NCBI GenBank assembly: GCA_043821645.1
Contig: JBDRCO010000113.1
Location: forward strand, 32,001 to 96,000
DNA from: Pseudomonadota bacterium
GTDB taxonomy: Bacteria > Myxococcota > JACRCW01 > JAFGSX01
DNA: 64,000 nucleotides
Direction of reading: 5' to 3'
Below the pieces are notes generated by a model. The model was given only the letters and a program-made list of their open reading frames with translations, was not told where the DNA came from and did not search any database. Below, in pieces: positions 61,455 to 64,000 of this stretch. Position 1 is the first letter of the stretch, and each line of letters begins with the position of its first letter. Made by a program: the position numbers and the translations under genes.

Positions 61455-63110
61455 TCAGATCGTCTCGGTGAAGTGGACGGCTCCCTTGCTCAGCATGTCC
61501 TTGAACAGCCAGTCGATGAGAAGTGGACTGACCACACCCTCGGCCAGGATCTCGCGCGGTGGTCGCCCTGCACGCACCTGGGCCAGCGCCGGCTGCAGGG
61601 CGTCAGGGCACACCTTCTCGTAGAAGCGAAGCACAGCTTCGTTGGGGACCAGGGCCTGGGTCCCGGTCACCAGGTTGTCCCGCACCGAGGCCTCCTCGTG
61701 GGTGGCGCGCCGCGCAATCTCATCGATGACCTCGACGGCAGGTCGGCGCATGGACCACAATTCGGGCTCCTCGTCGGCCTCGAACACCCAGCAACCGCCC
61801 TGGGCACCCACCAGCGATCGCAGCGCTTCCTCGTCGGCAATGCAGGTCGAACCGATGACGGCACTGGCACTGGCCAGGATCCCCGCCGAGAACCAGAGAT
61901 GGAAGCGCGCCCAGCGATCCTCGACGGTGAGCTTGCCCGTGGCATTGCGTGCCGCCAACACCCGCATCATGGTCTGGGGCCCGAGTCGCCCGAAGTGACC
62001 CCGCAGGGAGACCCCCGGCCCGATGCAGGCGCGCAGGATCTGGAGTGGTCGCGCCAGCTCGGTGAGCACCTCGACCACCTGCTCGCGGCGCACCCCCTTG
62101 GGCAGGTAGGCATCCGCCCCGGCCCCGAGCGCGGAGAGCTGATCGAGAAAGTCGTGGTGACAGCTCAGCAGGGCAAAGGGTGTCTCGCGCAGGCGGTGAT
62201 CTGTGCGGATGGCCGCCAGCAGCCCCCAGCCGTCGAGCCGCGGCATCATGATGTCGCTGAGGATGAGATCGGGCCGATCGCGCAGGATGTGCCCCAGGGC
62301 GTCCCTGCCGTCGACGGCAGCGGTGACCACGAAACCATGGTGCTCGAGTGTCTTCTGGAACAGCGTGCGCAGGGCCTCATCGTCGTCGGCAAAAACGACC
62401 CGCAGGGGAGCCAGGACGTCCTTCGCGGACGCCGGGATCTCGGTCAGGGCGGCCCCGGATATGGAGAAGATCTCGGTGGCAGAATCGGGCTGGGCGGGTG
62501 CGACGACGGTGGCTGCGTGGGGGTTGTCCAGCGTGCTCCAGCGCAAGCTCACGTCACCCCGCAGGCCGGCAACCAGGGCGGCCGCGGCATCCTCCCCGCG
62601 CAGCGCTCCACACTCTGCATCGATGACCCGCCCCTCCCGGAGAAGGACCTGGCCGCCACCCTCCTCGGCCTCGACGTGCAGCAGACCGGAGGCACCGGCC
62701 CGCCGGAGGTGCGCCAGGCCGCGGCGGGCGGCGTCGGCAGAGCTCATCCGGAGATCGCGCAGCTGGATGTCCTGCTCCACTGCCTTGACCATGTCGACCA
62801 GCGCGGTGAGGCCCTCATGGAAGGTGACCATTCCATACACGGGGCCCCGGATCATCGCCACCAGGTCACCCAGCGATCCCTCGCGCGTCACCAGGACGGC
62901 CGGCGTGCGGCTCCGGGTGGTGCCAAGGGCCTTCGTGAAGCGCGCGAGCTGCTCCAGGTCGCCGATGGCAATCACGGCGTCCGCGGTCTCGGGGAGCGAG
63001 GAGATTCGCGCCAGGGAATCGTCCAGACACACTTCGACCGCGCGCTCGGAGAGCGTTCGCACGAGAGATCCACGTCGAGATGGCTCGTCATCCAGCAGCG
63101 CATAGCGCAT
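61455..63110 (-). CDS. Response regulator with DUF4388-like domains
   Basis: Central receiver (FADDD, PDLILSDIMMP.LDG, GADAYLPK) flanked by SGLLHV...G.VIDA and TGKLTV...G.L domains; degenerate receiver at the N-terminus. Confidence 0.85.
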   Translation of the reverse strand: MRYALLDDEPSRRGSLVRTLSERAVEVCLDDSLARISSLPETADAVIAIGDLEQLARFTKALGTTRSRTPAVLVTREGSLGDLVAMIRGPVYGMVTFHEGLTALVDMVKAVEQDIQLRDLRMSSADAARRGLAHLRRAGASGLLHVEAEEGGGQVLLREGRVIDAECGALRGEDAAAALVAGLRGDVSLRWSTLDNPHAATVVAPAQPDSATEIFSISGAALTEIPASAKDVLAPLRVVFADDDEALRTLFQKTLEHHGFVVTAAVDGRDALGHILRDRPDLILSDIMMPRLDGWGLLAAIRTDHRLRETPFALLSCHHDFLDQLSALGAGADAYLPKGVRREQVVEVLTELARPLQILRACIGPGVSLRGHFGRLGPQTMMRVLAARNATGKLTVEDRWARFHLWFSAGILASASAVIGSTCIADEEALRSLVGAQGGCWVFEADEEPELWSMRRPAVEVIDEIARRATHEEASVRDNLVTGTQALVPNEAVLRFYEKVCPDALQPALAQVRAGRPPREILAEGVVSPLLIDWLFKDMLSKGAVHFTETI

Positions 63111-63371
63111 GAGCGCCCCCGTCGGGGAGGGTTCGCTGCCCATCCACCGGTTCGCGCCCACTGTAAACAGGGGCCCCGAACATCGCAACCACCCCGCCAC
63201 TTGGGGGGCTCCCCACGCGCGCAGCGCAGGCCTGCTGTTTCCTGTTGAGCCGAAAAGTTGCGCACGATTCAGAAAGTCGCCATGATGGCCCAGACGCGAG
63301 GGTGGTACGTCGCCACCGTCGATTTTCAAGGGACTTTGCGCGCCGGTGGGCGCGCCGTGCGAGTGACCCAC

Positions 63372-64000
63372 ATGTTTACCGTGGTGCTCACAGAAAAGGG
63401 CGGCTCCAGCCGGACCATGGAGTTCGACAAGCCCGAGGTCACCATCGGGCGTGTCCAGGGCAACGACATCATTCTGCCCAAGGGCAACATCTCCAAGCGC
63501 CACTCGCGCATCGTTCTCAAGGACGCCAAGTTCATCATCGTCGATCTCAAGAGCACCAACGGCACGTACGTCAACGGCCGCAAGATCACCAGCCCACACA
63601 TCCTCAAGGACAACGACAAGGTCTACATCGGCGACTTCACGCTCACCATCGAGCCCGCCGGTGGCCGCGCCGATGCACCGCCACCGCCGCCACCGCCACC
63701 GCCGCCGCCCCGCACCGCCAAGCCACCTCCTCCGACGCCGCGCAAGAAAGCCGAGCCCGAGGATGATGATCTCGGCGAGTATCTGGCACCCGAGGCTGAT
63801 TTCAGCAGCGACAGCGTGGACTTTGTCGATGAGTTCGACGCCGAGCCCGGGCTCGACGACGGAGACAAGCTCGACGAGTTTGACCCCGAGTTCGAGGACC
63901 CCGCGCCGCCTCCGCCTCCGCCTCCGCCTCCCAGTGCCCAGCCACGGGTTGCGGTCAAGAAGGCCCCCCGCGCACGTCCCGCGCCGCCTCCCCGAGGCGG
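63372..64000 (+). CDS. FHA-domain protein with Pro-rich linker (runs off the window)
   Basis: Manual translation: MFTVVLTEKGG...VTIGRVQGNDIILPKGNISKRHSRI...DLKSTNGTYVNG...IGDF, then poly-Pro and acidic tracts. Confidence 0.92.
   Translation, partial: MFTVVLTEKGGSSRTMEFDKPEVTIGRVQGNDIILPKGNISKRHSRIVLKDAKFIIVDLKSTNGTYVNGRKITSPHILKDNDKVYIGDFTLTIEPAGGRADAPPPPPPPPPPPRTAKPPPPTPRKKAEPEDDDLGEYLAPEADFSSDSVDFVDEFDAEPGLDDGDKLDEFDPEFEDPAPPPPPPPPPSAQPRVAVKKAPRARPAPPPRG

Noticed and set aside
63660-63940. CCG/CCT-rich tandem repeats (and the GGC run at about 32685-32730)
   Set aside because: They encode poly-Pro and poly-Gly linkers within genes; not CRISPR or mobile repeats.

Overview
GC-rich bacterial chromosomal window with a gene repertoire typical of Myxococcota/deltaproteobacteria (many Cys-anchored lipoproteins, DUF4388 response regulator, TPR-cNMP and FHA proteins); the taxonomy is my inference. 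The left part (1-27.8 kb) is mostly housekeeping and signalling: coaD (partial), rsmD, miaA, nhaC, an EAL protein, methylmalonyl-CoA mutase with meaB, a sensor kinase, dapF, glpA/glpB-like genes, aspS and a diguanylate cyclase. The stretch from ~27.8 to 56 kb looks accessory and ends at tRNA-Val(CAC); I saw no integrase, transposase or CRISPR array. Best candidates for undescribed biology: (1) a translationally coupled operon (27.8-31.4 kb) encoding a KamA-type aminomutase, a cysteine hydrolase, a TrxB-fold flavoprotein without CxxC, and an RlmN-like radical SAM enzyme that keeps the methyl-carrier Cys but lacks the resolving Cys; (2) a three-stem-loop ncRNA candidate with its own promoter at ~13.86-14.08 kb; (3) two proteins with a shared N-terminal repeat module and unrelated C-terminal domains; (4) an orphan MutH; (5) a GH16 lipoprotein with a fourfold Cys/Trp-rich repeat. 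All calls come from reading motifs by eye; no searches were run, and several start codons are estimates.
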